Part shown: one piece after another, positions 19,516 to 28,983 of the stretch
Numbering within the stretch: the stretch's first letter is position 1
Layout: every line of letters begins with the position of its first letter
Assembly: GCA_003345545.1 (NCBI GenBank)
Contig: PRDH01000044.1
Span: 96,001-160,000, forward strand
Direction: 5' to 3'
Source: Candidatus Thorarchaeota archaeon
GTDB taxonomy: Archaea; Asgardarchaeota; Thorarchaeia; Thorarchaeales; Thorarchaeaceae
Length of the DNA stretch: 64,000 nt
Notes under the pieces: generated by a model
Databases searched by the model: none
What the model was told of the DNA's origin: nothing
Seen by the model: the letters and a program-made list of their open reading frames with translations, nothing else
Made by a program: the position numbers and the translations under genes

Positions 19516-20352
19516 TCAGAACAGATAGCGAACAACGTCATCAAGGATGGCATAGGTTTCCAGTCTTTGAATGTCCCCCTTGACATATGGCATGACATCA
19601 TCAAAGATCATGTTTCGATACTCCTTAGGTGCGACAGTCTCCTGTGTCACTTTCCCTAGCAATCGCAGCAGTTCTTCCAAGGCGTCCCTCAAATGCTGAT
19701 AGGACACATCATAGACATCAATCTGAAGGACTTCAATACCCGCAGTATCAATAGGCACAGAGCTGAGGAAAGGATATTGACTGAGAAGGTGTTCAACGTG
19801 TTCGGTCATTTTGGCAACAATCTGACTCTTCTTGGCTTTGGTCGCCTTCACCTGCATGACGCCTCTGAAGAGATGACTATAGACCTCAAGGCAGTCCATT
19901 GATTTACCAGCGACCAAGCTCTCATCTGTTTCTTCATACTGTGTAACAAGCACATCCACCCAGTCACCGAAGCCCTTGAAAGTATTGCGAGTTCCAGGCC
20001 AATTCTTCAATAGTGTAGCGACATCACTACCAGGAGGCACAACATTTGTCATGAATTCCTTCAGAGCATACTCCAGCATGAAGCGCATGTGTCCAAGCCG
20101 GGCGGCCTTGCTCACGACCATAACGAACAGAAGATAGTCGTTCGCCTCCCAGACATACCGGTTGGTTTCCGTGTCGATTGTCTTGAGGGTCTCGTTAGAT
20201 GCCTTATCGATGAAGGTGTGGGTTGCAGAGAGAAAGGGGGCTATCAGATCCATATCTAGTTTCACAGCATCAGAATAGGCCTTGGCAACAATATTCCTGC
20301 CACTACCTCGCTCGATCACCCAGACTCCTAGAATGGACTTCTTGCTGGACAT
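19516..20352 (-). CDS. Longin-like domain protein with helical C-terminal domain
   Basis: ILGVWVIERGSGRNIV..Y...DLIAPFLSA..TF...LKTID...YLLFVMVV matches the Asgard longin-like pattern. Confidence 0.65.
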   Translation of the reverse strand: MSSKKSILGVWVIERGSGRNIVAKAYSDAVKLDMDLIAPFLSATHTFIDKASNETLKTIDTETNRYVWEANDYLLFVMVVSKAARLGHMRFMLEYALKEFMTNVVPPGSDVATLLKNWPGTRNTFKGFGDWVDVLVTQYEETDESLVAGKSMDCLEVYSHLFRGVMQVKATKAKKSQIVAKMTEHVEHLLSQYPFLSSVPIDTAGIEVLQIDVYDVSYQHLRDALEELLRLLGKVTQETVAPKEYRNMIFDDVMPYVKGDIQRLETYAILDDVVRYLF

Positions 20353-20470
20353 AGCATCATCTCTTGGGAGTATTGTTGAAATGAAGTATGATAAGCCTAT
20401 ATGTGACAGGAGGCATACACGAGAAGACGTACCTAGAAGAGAAGGCAAGACTTGCGTCCTGCCCCTTCAT

Positions 20471-21433
20471 TCACGTTGTGGATATGCCTAGCTTCTCTAC
20501 CATTTCCTTGTAGCGGTTCCTTACTGTCACCTCGGTGACCCTAGCAGTCCGTGCAATCTCCAGTTGTGTTCTTCGTGCACCTGTGAGTATGCTCGCAACG
20601 TAGATTGCTGCAGCAGCCATTCCCTTGGGATCTTTTCCGATGGTGAGCCGTTGTTCCCTTGCAAGGTTCAAGATGTCTATCGCCTTCTTCTTAGCTTCCC
20701 CTGGAAGATCCAGTTCGGTCCCGAATCGATGTACAAACTCGATTGGATTACTGAATGGTATCTTCAGGTTCAGATGGCGAATAATCAGACGAACACAGAG
20801 ACTCAGCTCCTTGCGGGTGATATGTATCTGATCACAGACCTCCTCCAGCGGGCGAGGAACTTGATGTACTCGACAGGCTAGATATAGAGAGGCTGCTATC
20901 ATCCCGAGAATAGTACGGCCCCGAGTCAGTCTCTTGCGAAGGGCCTTTCTGTAGATTACAGCAGCAGTCTCCCGAATCGAGTACGGGATACTCAACTGGG
21001 AACTTATCCTATGGAGTTCGGTCATTGCGACGGCAAGATTGCGTTTGTCTGAGGAGTGTACCTTGGTGCGTATCTGCCACTTGCGGAGGCGATGTATCTG
21101 CGCTCTCCGAGTAGAAGTCAGCTTTCTTCCTGATGCGTCGACATTCTGATTGCCAATTATCGTGGTAAGACCCTGATCGAATTTGCTCCAGTCTGTCGGA
21201 CCTCCTACACGCTGTCGAGAGTTTTGCTCGTCAGCAGTGAAGGCACGCCACTCTGGACCCACATCAATTGAGTGGTCAGATAGAACGAGTCCGCAATTGC
21301 AGCAGATGACCTCACCACGAGTGTGGTCAATGTAGACTTCAATACAAGAACAAGCAGAACAACAATAGCTGGCCGCACCAATATGCTCCTTAGTTTGTTT
21401 TGTCCGAGTTTGTTTACTGGCCAGTCCAATCAT
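20471..21433 (-). CDS. tfb: Transcription initiation factor IIB
   Basis: Zn ribbon, IDVGPEWRAF B-reader, RLRKWQ linker, two cyclin repeats, VTEVTVRNRYKE. Confidence 0.97.
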   Translation of the reverse strand: MIGLASKQTRTKQTKEHIGAASYCCSACSCIEVYIDHTRGEVICCNCGLVLSDHSIDVGPEWRAFTADEQNSRQRVGGPTDWSKFDQGLTTIIGNQNVDASGRKLTSTRRAQIHRLRKWQIRTKVHSSDKRNLAVAMTELHRISSQLSIPYSIRETAAVIYRKALRKRLTRGRTILGMIAASLYLACRVHQVPRPLEEVCDQIHITRKELSLCVRLIIRHLNLKIPFSNPIEFVHRFGTELDLPGEAKKKAIDILNLAREQRLTIGKDPKGMAAAAIYVASILTGARRTQLEIARTARVTEVTVRNRYKEMVEKLGISTT

Positions 21434-21586
21434 CTCCGTACAGGCCCACCGAATGATGGCCCTGCGGTTCGAGCTATCAGTGTTTCATATGCATGTAGTC
21501 TCTCAGGCGCATGAGGGACTACTTCGGGCACGGCTGTGGACAACTGTCCCCGAGAGGACAAGTAGCCTTGCGCAGATAACAAATGA

Positions 21587-21608
21587 TTATAAACCCTTTG
21601 CACTTTTA
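21587..21608 (-). promoter_or_regulatory. BRE/TATA-like promoter for tfb
   Basis: Minus strand reads aaaagtgcaaagggTTTATAAT about 150 nt upstream of the tfb start. Confidence 0.45.
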
Positions 21609-21820
21609 TCAAACAAATCGTTGTATATACCAAGAATCATGCGTTTCTGTGCCACTTGGAAGATTGAAAGCATTCAATTCGAAGTATCCTCTTGGTTGAT
21701 TTCGAACATTCTGCCTGTAACTCACGAGCCAAACTGAAAGGTAGTAGTTCTGATTCTGCTCATGCGCTTACTTTATGAAGATAAACAGGTGAGAGTGTAT
21801 CATCAGAGAAGCGGACCACT

Positions 21821-23731
21821 ATGAGCAGGAGAAAGCAAGTCAATCCATGGGATCATGCAAGACAGGTAGTAGTGAGCATTCTGTCTAAGGCGTCAGCAGC
21901 AGATCCTGAGGTTGTCAACAGCTCTATCGAGATCCCTCCTGATCCGACTCTTGGAGACGTAGCATCCACGATTGCATTTGCTCTCGCGAGGGAACGAAAG
22001 AAGAATCCGGCAGCGATTGCTGCGGATCTGCTTCCAAGACTGAGAGAGCTTGTTAGTGCTGAGCCTCTTGTCAAGTCAGTGGAAGCAAAGGGGCCCTACA
22101 TCAATATCCTTCTCGACAGAGGTGCCTTCTCTAAAACGACGATCATGTCAGTTTCTGAAAGTGGTGATGACTATGGAAACAGTGCCGAGTTCGACGGGAA
22201 GAGAGCTCTGATTGAATTTCCTGCTGTGAATCCGTCAAAACCTTGGCATATAGGGCACACCAGAAACGCGGTCTTGGGCGACACGCTCTCGAATATCCTC
22301 GAGCGTGTCGGCTATGATGTCGTGCGCCTTGATTATATTAATGATCTGGGGCTGCAAATCGCTCAGCTTCTCTGGAAACTGAAGAATGTGGGCAATCAAG
22401 ACGTCAGGGAGAAGTATGATCACTATCTAGGACATCTCTATGTAGAGGTCCAGAAAACCTTTGAATCCTCTCAGGATGTAGAGAAGGAAGTCAGAGAGAT
22501 ATCAAGAAACCTTGAGAATCTCAAGAGTGATGATGCCAGACTCAGTGGAGTAATGGTAGAGAGATGCGTGAAGGCACAGTATGAAACGTCCTATAGACTA
22601 GGCATCTTCCATGACTACCAGGTATGGGAGAGCGCAATCGCGCACAGTGGCTTGCTGGACCAGGCCCGGGAAATGATAGTGCAGAGTAAGAATATCATGA
22701 AACTCGAGGAAGGAGATAAAGCTGGATGCATCGTCGCAGACCTCTCCGTGATTGATGAGTTCAAGGACATGAATGAGCCCTACAAGATCCTATTCCGCTC
22801 TGATGGTACGAGAACATATACGGGGGCAGATGTCGCGCTGCAGCTTTGGAAGTTCGGAATTATCGAAGATCCTTTCCGCTACTCGTTATTCGAAACGCAG
22901 CCTAACAAGGTGGACCTTCTTAGAACCTCGCTAAAAGGGAGGAGAGCAAAACTTGGTAAATTCGATATTGTGCTCAATGTAATCGCATCCAGACAAGCGC
23001 ATCCTCAGAAAATGGTCTACACTATTCTTGACCTCATGGGATACAAGAAGGAGAGCGAGAATTCTCATCATATAGCGTATGAGTTTGTGGGACTAGAGGG
23101 AGAAGACTTCTCGGGAAGGCAGGGTACATGGATTGGCTACTCAACAGACGACGTCTTGAGCAAGATGACAGAGTTGGCGGAAATAGAAGTCAACAAGCGC
23201 AATCCAGATGAAGGGGCAGAACTGAAAAAGAAGATAGCCAATCAGGTTGCCGTGGGTGCGATACGTTACTTCATGCTCAATGCCTCACCAGACAGGAAAA
23301 TCACCTTTCGATGGAACGAGGTGCTTGATTTTCAGGGAGACGCCGCACCCTATCTTCAGTACTCGCTAGCGAGAGCATACAGAATCATGGAGAAGGCAGA
23401 AACAGGGCGGATAGAAGAACGTGACTTCCGCGCGCTCACCTCTGAGGCCGAGTTTGAATTGGTGAAGGCAATCTCGAAGTTCCCAGAAGAGGTACTCGAC
23501 GTTGCGAGGTCATTGAAGAAGGATGTCTGGGGAACAAGTTTCGCTTCCAACAGACTTACTAGCTATGGATACGGGCTCGCCACTCTGTTCAGCAAATTCT
23601 ATGATTCATGCCCTGTGCTCAAAGCAGAGCCAGATATCAAAGAGGCCAGGCTTGCGCTTGTCAAGGCATTCATGGTCACCATGACCAACTGCCTTAATCT
23701 CCTGGGCATCCCGATAGTTGAACGCATGTGA
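21821..23731 (+). CDS. argS: Arginine--tRNA ligase
   Basis: NPSKPWHIGHTRN, YINDLG, RSDGT, FSGRQG, YLQYS.ARA, FYDSCPVL. Confidence 0.96.
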   Translation: MSRRKQVNPWDHARQVVVSILSKASAADPEVVNSSIEIPPDPTLGDVASTIAFALARERKKNPAAIAADLLPRLRELVSAEPLVKSVEAKGPYINILLDRGAFSKTTIMSVSESGDDYGNSAEFDGKRALIEFPAVNPSKPWHIGHTRNAVLGDTLSNILERVGYDVVRLDYINDLGLQIAQLLWKLKNVGNQDVREKYDHYLGHLYVEVQKTFESSQDVEKEVREISRNLENLKSDDARLSGVMVERCVKAQYETSYRLGIFHDYQVWESAIAHSGLLDQAREMIVQSKNIMKLEEGDKAGCIVADLSVIDEFKDMNEPYKILFRSDGTRTYTGADVALQLWKFGIIEDPFRYSLFETQPNKVDLLRTSLKGRRAKLGKFDIVLNVIASRQAHPQKMVYTILDLMGYKKESENSHHIAYEFVGLEGEDFSGRQGTWIGYSTDDVLSKMTELAEIEVNKRNPDEGAELKKKIANQVAVGAIRYFMLNASPDRKITFRWNEVLDFQGDAAPYLQYSLARAYRIMEKAETGRIEERDFRALTSEAEFELVKAISKFPEEVLDVARSLKKDVWGTSFASNRLTSYGYGLATLFSKFYDSCPVLKAEPDIKEARLALVKAFMVTMTNCLNLLGIPIVERM

Positions 23732-23732
23732 T

Positions 23733-25082
23733 TTATCCTGAAGTGATGGTTGCACCTTCGATAACGATAGAAGGTGTGACCATCGAGAAGGTCGTTCGAC
23801 TGTCACTTCCCACATGGCTTATCCGCCTCAAGAGATCACGCATATTGATTCCAATCAGAGTGTTCTTGAGCGCGTGCTGAATCTCGCCATTCTTGACGTA
23901 GTAGCCCTCACCAATCATGGCACTGAGGTCGCCAGTAGTCAGGTTGGGACTATCGCCAGTATTCCTGCATACCACGCCCTCATCAAGCTCTGAAATGAGT
24001 TCATTGAGGTCGCCCTTCCCTGGGGATACGATGAAGTTGGTCGTGGAGATGTCTGGCAGTCCAGAATAAGAGGGTCTACTGGCATTGCCAGTGTTGTCTA
24101 CATTTTCTTTGTTCGCAGTGTAGGAGTTGTGAAGGAGGCTCCTGAGGACACCAGCTTTGATGACTGAGGTCCGCTGCGATGGAAATCCTTCTGCATCAAA
24201 CGATCGTGTGCCAATCCCGCCTGGTAGCAGCCCATCGTCAACTATCTCTAGCTTTTCAGATGCAATGCCCTCGCCTAATGCATCTGTAATGTATGATCTG
24301 CCCATTTGGACCTCATCAGCGTTCACTGCATCGGCCAGCCCGCGTCCAAGAATGGCACTTGCTCCGAGCGGTGCAAACAAAACGGACATCTCTCCACCAT
24401 CGATTGTCTTGGGTCGCAAGAATCCTCTTGCAAGTTCTGCAGCGTTCGTACCAACCCATTCAGGGTTGATTTCATTCAACCTTCGTGAAACCTGATATTC
24501 ATAACTTGCAGTCTGATCCTTGCCATCCTTAATGATTGGGTATGTATAGATAGAGATACATGTTTTCCGCTCACTCTTGACTATGCCAAGAGAGTTTACA
24601 ATTGCATTGACGCCTGAGGAACTCTGCACTGCTGCCTCAATCGCATGGCTCCATTTGTCGAGTGACCCCTTGCATGCATCAATTGCTCGAATTAGGAGGC
24701 CTGTAGTCTCCTCCGAGGTGAGCTCATCGAGTTCCTTGTCGAATATACCTCTCGCCGAGTGATGGGATGACTCCGAATTCGGAAGAGTCACAAAGTCAGG
24801 ATCAGCGATGGATGCCCTTGCGAGGCTCATCGAGTTGGTAACGGCCTCCTCAATGTCTGAATCATTGAGCGTTGTCACATAGGCAAATCCTATCTTCTTG
24901 CCGACAATCGTCCGAATCCCTATGCCAGCATCTCTTGTTTCGCATGCGTTCTTGATTGAGTTGTTCTCAGCAGTAATTTCAAAAGATCTGCTCTGTGCCA
25001 GATAGGCTTCAGCTTGGCTGGCGCCCATTTTTTCAGCAAGCGTGATTGCTTTTTCACCAATCGCAAGCAGAGGACTGAGCAT
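23733..25082 (-). CDS. TldE/PmbA-family protein
   Basis: GIGIR, FDAEG.P, TGNA.R, TGDLS; lacks HExxxH. Confidence 0.9.
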   Translation of the reverse strand: MLSPLLAIGEKAITLAEKMGASQAEAYLAQSRSFEITAENNSIKNACETRDAGIGIRTIVGKKIGFAYVTTLNDSDIEEAVTNSMSLARASIADPDFVTLPNSESSHHSARGIFDKELDELTSEETTGLLIRAIDACKGSLDKWSHAIEAAVQSSSGVNAIVNSLGIVKSERKTCISIYTYPIIKDGKDQTASYEYQVSRRLNEINPEWVGTNAAELARGFLRPKTIDGGEMSVLFAPLGASAILGRGLADAVNADEVQMGRSYITDALGEGIASEKLEIVDDGLLPGGIGTRSFDAEGFPSQRTSVIKAGVLRSLLHNSYTANKENVDNTGNASRPSYSGLPDISTTNFIVSPGKGDLNELISELDEGVVCRNTGDSPNLTTGDLSAMIGEGYYVKNGEIQHALKNTLIGINMRDLLRRISHVGSDSRTTFSMVTPSIVIEGATITSG

Positions 25083-26468
25083 CTACATACCTCCTACAGG
25101 CACTTTCCTGATTCTTGCGTGAGGCCCGCCAGCCATTGTCGGTACTGCCTGACCTCCCTTGCTGCACGTTCCTGCATCAAGCAGGAAGTCTTTACAGACA
25201 GCATCCACTTTAGCAAGCACTTCCAGGATGTTACCCGCAAGGGACACATCTCTGACCATCTGACCTTTCTCACCATTCTCAATCACATAGCCGTAACTCG
25301 CTTGAAACATGAATTGCCCTTTTGCAGACTGTGTGTACCCATAGTTGGGACTACAGAGAATGATGCCATTCTTCGTGTCTTGGATGAGTTCATCGACCTG
25401 CCAGTCTCCAGTTTCCATGTAGGTGTTGCTCATCCTCGGTAGTGGCTCATGCATGAATGACTGGCTCCTAGCAGCACCATTTGGCTCCAAGTCGAGTCTT
25501 GTTGCGGTTTCGAGGCCATGAAGTAGCTCAGTCAGAATGCCATTCGTGACTAGATGCCTTCTTGTTGCTCTTGTCCCTTCCCAATCATACTCATAGGATC
25601 CTCGCATTCCCTCAAGAGTGGGATCATCCGTGATGCTCAGATTATCCGGTCCAACTTCGGTTCCAATCCTGTCTTCGAGTACAGTCGCATGTGCTGGCCA
25701 ATTGTCTGCCTCAACAGCATGGCCAAAGGCTTCATGGACCATCACGCCATTTAGAATGGGGTCCATCACAACATCGTAGACTCCCCCCTTGGCACACACA
25801 GAAGATAGCAGGTCAATCACGAGTTCCCCAGCAGCGGTCCCGATATTCTGCGCCTCACTGGCGCTCATGACTTCGTATCCACCTCGCAGACTCAACGACT
25901 TGAATGTACTTTGTCGGTTTATGCCATCTTTGGCTGTCGGGGCAGAGATGATACGTGGAATAGCGTTTTCAGTATAGATACTTGTACCGAGAGAATTAGC
26001 AACATAGAGCTCAGTCCAGAGGTCTGTATAAACAGTTCGCGTCGAAGAGATGCGCCTGTCGTAGTCCCGTGTCTGATCGTCAATCATCTTGGCGAATGCC
26101 ATCTTCTCATCAATAGAAATACTGCTGAAGGGTTTCCTCGCACTATAATGAAGACGGTCTTGAAATGATGGACCATCTATCGCGAATCGTTCAGTGGTCT
26201 TCTCTCTGGTTGCGAGAGCCATCTTTGCAACCGACCTGCCCATAGACCTCATACCATCTCCGGTCAGGTCAGTCGTCTGGGCAAATGCCCAGGCACCATC
26301 AACAAATGCTCGCATCCCTGCGCCCTTGATGCGGGATGATAATGACTGCTTGGAAACACCGTCATTGAGTTCTATGATTGTTGTTGCGCTGTTCTCTATT
26401 CTCACGTCTGAAAATCGGGCGCCGGTTTTTAGGGCAGATTCAATGGCAATCCGCGCAAGGTCTTCCAT
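25083..26468 (-). CDS. TldD-family metalloprotease
   Basis: HEAFGH, DWEG, PRMSNTY, GTCSKGGQ. Confidence 0.92.
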   Translation of the reverse strand: MEDLARIAIESALKTGARFSDVRIENSATTIIELNDGVSKQSLSSRIKGAGMRAFVDGAWAFAQTTDLTGDGMRSMGRSVAKMALATREKTTERFAIDGPSFQDRLHYSARKPFSSISIDEKMAFAKMIDDQTRDYDRRISSTRTVYTDLWTELYVANSLGTSIYTENAIPRIISAPTAKDGINRQSTFKSLSLRGGYEVMSASEAQNIGTAAGELVIDLLSSVCAKGGVYDVVMDPILNGVMVHEAFGHAVEADNWPAHATVLEDRIGTEVGPDNLSITDDPTLEGMRGSYEYDWEGTRATRRHLVTNGILTELLHGLETATRLDLEPNGAARSQSFMHEPLPRMSNTYMETGDWQVDELIQDTKNGIILCSPNYGYTQSAKGQFMFQASYGYVIENGEKGQMVRDVSLAGNILEVLAKVDAVCKDFLLDAGTCSKGGQAVPTMAGGPHARIRKVPVGGM

Positions 26469-26597
26469 AGGTATCTCTTTTGCTCAATCTGAGCGTTTCA
26501 CTGCGTGTTTTAACTTCTCTGGCATGGACAATGGCTTGCATGGTCTGGCGGGATTTCGGGAATGTTGCTTGAGTAATACACACGTCTTTCTTAGGTA

Positions 26598-28208
26598 ATG
26601 CCTCTTCTAGATGTGACCACCGGAGGTACTCAGTTGACAGAAGAGGCAACATCTGAACTGTGTCGATCCTGCCAGAAGAACAGAGCAACCCACATGTGTG
26701 AAGACTGCGGAGCAGCACTTTGCTTAGAATGTCTAGATAGCAGAACCACTGAGTATAGTGTATGTGGAGACTGTCACCACTCTCTCGGAGAAGCCATACC
26801 TGGGGAGAAATTCGAGAGCTGTCCTGAGTGCAAATCTGAGAACCTCACCAAGGGAAAACGTACTATTGATATTTGCGCTAGGTGTCACTCGGTTCGGGTC
26901 GTTGTCCTTGAGGATAAGAGAAGGACACTAGCCCTTGAAATGCGCCATGCCGTCATGACAATTCAGTATGGACATACCAAGCTTCGCGAATTCAACAGCA
27001 AACTCAGTGTCACTAAGCGTCTATTGGTGTCGCTCAGGATGGCGAATTTTCTCCATTACAAGTGGCTCGAAGAAAAGATAGAGGCAATCCAAGAGGAACT
27101 GCCAGCAATCAAGAACCGAATCGGAAGTCAGGCAGAGATAGTAGCCAGAAGGATGTCTGCTGAAACCAAGAACTTCATAGACTATGCTCTTTGGAGCCCA
27201 TCCCAATTTCCATTCATTGAGGGAATAACCAACAGAATCACAGAGCTCGGAATCTACTACAAACAAAACGTTGACGAGGCAATCGAGTCCCTCAGAACCA
27301 CACTGAAGGATGTCAAGAGGCAATTGGATGGTCTCGATTACTATAGGAATCACTTCACAAACTTCTACGAACATAGCCAGCTCTCTGTCGGAGAGCTCCC
27401 AGTGTGCGCTCTACCAGACGTGAAAGTAGCAGGAAGTGATTTCCTCAAGAACGACAAGGCCCTAGGAACACTGTACCTGACAAATAAGAGGCTCTTATTC
27501 TTGGCTGAGACTGGAAGAGTCCGCAGAAAGATGGAAACAATCTTCGATTTTCCGCTTCTTTATCTGAAGTCGATAGAGGAGGACGGGCGGTTTCGAAAGA
27601 GGCTAGTCCTGAAGCTCAAGCAGGGCGATGTGAGAATATCTTGTTCGGACCAGACAAAGAAGGTCTTACCAGACTATGTGGAGATCGCTCGCAAGTTCGA
27701 TAGGTATGTCCAGACGGACATGCAGAGAGTGCGCAAAATCGAGCAAGAAGAAGTCAGTATCAGCGATGTGAGGCTAAAGATCGAAGGGATGGTCTATTCA
27801 CTACTATCACCGAACAAGAAACAAGACGATGCCACAGCAATCGGGTCAGACCTTCGGTACCGAACCCAACCTTGGTCCACGTCCCAAGTTCAACCAAGGG
27901 AGATTCCTTATGGCACAGGCTACACGTCCCCGGAATTCTTCAGAAGGGATTTGGAGAGAACAATTGGCCGGAGCAGCCAGCCGCAAAATGGTGACATGCA
28001 ATACCGACCAAGCGAATCTATTGATACCCTTCAAAGAAACTCGGAGTCCATCTATGGAGCCATACGAGAAACTGTACACTTGTTGAGAGATGGTCGCTTA
28101 GTGACAGAAGACTTCATTCGAAGGTACAAAGATCTCATGAGAGATTCCTATCTCAACAGAAGAGAGATTCAGCGCCTCTCAAGAGAGTCCAGAGATCAAT
28201 TCTGGTAG
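26598..28208 (+). CDS. ESCRT-associated multidomain protein: B-box/FYVE-like Zn fingers, coiled coil, GLUE/GRAM-like PH domain, steadiness box
   Basis: Six CxxC pairs in aa ~22-96; long heptad region; GTLYLTNKRLLF...PLLYLKSIEE PH/GLUE motif; C-terminal AIRETVHLLRDGRLVTEDFIRRYKDLMRDSY resembles the Vps23/TSG101 steadiness box. Confidence 0.7.
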   Translation: MPLLDVTTGGTQLTEEATSELCRSCQKNRATHMCEDCGAALCLECLDSRTTEYSVCGDCHHSLGEAIPGEKFESCPECKSENLTKGKRTIDICARCHSVRVVVLEDKRRTLALEMRHAVMTIQYGHTKLREFNSKLSVTKRLLVSLRMANFLHYKWLEEKIEAIQEELPAIKNRIGSQAEIVARRMSAETKNFIDYALWSPSQFPFIEGITNRITELGIYYKQNVDEAIESLRTTLKDVKRQLDGLDYYRNHFTNFYEHSQLSVGELPVCALPDVKVAGSDFLKNDKALGTLYLTNKRLLFLAETGRVRRKMETIFDFPLLYLKSIEEDGRFRKRLVLKLKQGDVRISCSDQTKKVLPDYVEIARKFDRYVQTDMQRVRKIEQEEVSISDVRLKIEGMVYSLLSPNKKQDDATAIGSDLRYRTQPWSTSQVQPREIPYGTGYTSPEFFRRDLERTIGRSSQPQNGDMQYRPSESIDTLQRNSESIYGAIRETVHLLRDGRLVTEDFIRRYKDLMRDSYLNRREIQRLSRESRDQFW

Positions 28209-28212
28209 TACT

Positions 28213-28830
28213 CTACATCCCCAACTCACGTTCTAAGGATTTGATGTCATCCTCTAGAGACTCAATCTCGCCAAGGGGTTTCTTTACTGCAGCAGCGTCT
28301 GTAAGACCTGCTTCTATGTCAATCTCCTGCATTGCAGACGTGAGATCTTCAGACGAGATCTCCATAGTCGAGTCAAGAGCCTCATCGGATATGTCCGTTT
28401 CAATCTCGAATTCTTCAAGGCGTCGAGCAATCTCGTCAACGTTCGCGACGACCTTTGTCGAGTCAGTAGATTCGCCCAGCATGCCAAGAATCTTCGCCAC
28501 TTCCTGAAGAGCTAGAGAGGTCTTTGCCGACGTCTGAGCACGATTCAGGTGTGCAAGGATTTTTAGAATCTGAAGTCGTGACTTGTCGACGGAGAGCGCG
28601 TAGCGTCTGAAGCGGATCATCTCGGTAGCATAGGTTCGATATGCGTCAACCTGCCCGCCCTTCCGCGCACGTACAGCCCTGGCGCGTGTATCCTGTTCCT
28701 CTTTCTCGAGTTTGTTTCTCTGTCGAGCAAGCTGTTTGCTCAGGATTCTTAGACGACTGGAAATCTCACCAACATCTGGTTTCTTCTTACCCCAGGCAAA
28801 TGCCTTTCTTATTGAAGCCAAAGAATTCAC
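28213..28830 (-). CDS. ESCRT-III (Snf7 family, Vps2/24/46-like)
   Basis: Basic N-terminal helical hairpin, acidic C-terminal half, terminal amphipathic MIM1-like helix (LEDDIKSLEREL); adjacent to Vps4. Confidence 0.85.
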   Translation of the reverse strand: MNSLASIRKAFAWGKKKPDVGEISSRLRILSKQLARQRNKLEKEEQDTRARAVRARKGGQVDAYRTYATEMIRFRRYALSVDKSRLQILKILAHLNRAQTSAKTSLALQEVAKILGMLGESTDSTKVVANVDEIARRLEEFEIETDISDEALDSTMEISSEDLTSAMQEIDIEAGLTDAAAVKKPLGEIESLEDDIKSLERELGM

Positions 28831-28902
28831 CTTACTCCTGAATCAAGGATTTGAATCAATGATGATGGGCTATTCGTTTAAACCTTCGTAGCTACCTGCT
28901 CT

Positions 28903-28928
28903 CAACAACGCGCTCTCGTGCGTTGTTG
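28903..28928. promoter_or_regulatory. Inverted repeat in the divergent ESCRT-III/Vps4 promoter region
   Basis: caacaacgc-N8-gcgttgttg flanked by TATA-like tttaaa (28877) and tataaa (28929). Confidence 0.45.
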
Positions 28929-28983
28929 TATAAACGACACAGAAAGTCTTAACATCCTACACACATTGTACACATGAACACGC

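Noticed and set aside
23733-26468. TldD/TldE as part of the ESCRT system or a RiPP cluster
   Set aside because: Widespread housekeeping pair, divergently transcribed, with no precursor peptide or modification enzymes nearby; only adjacency supports a link.
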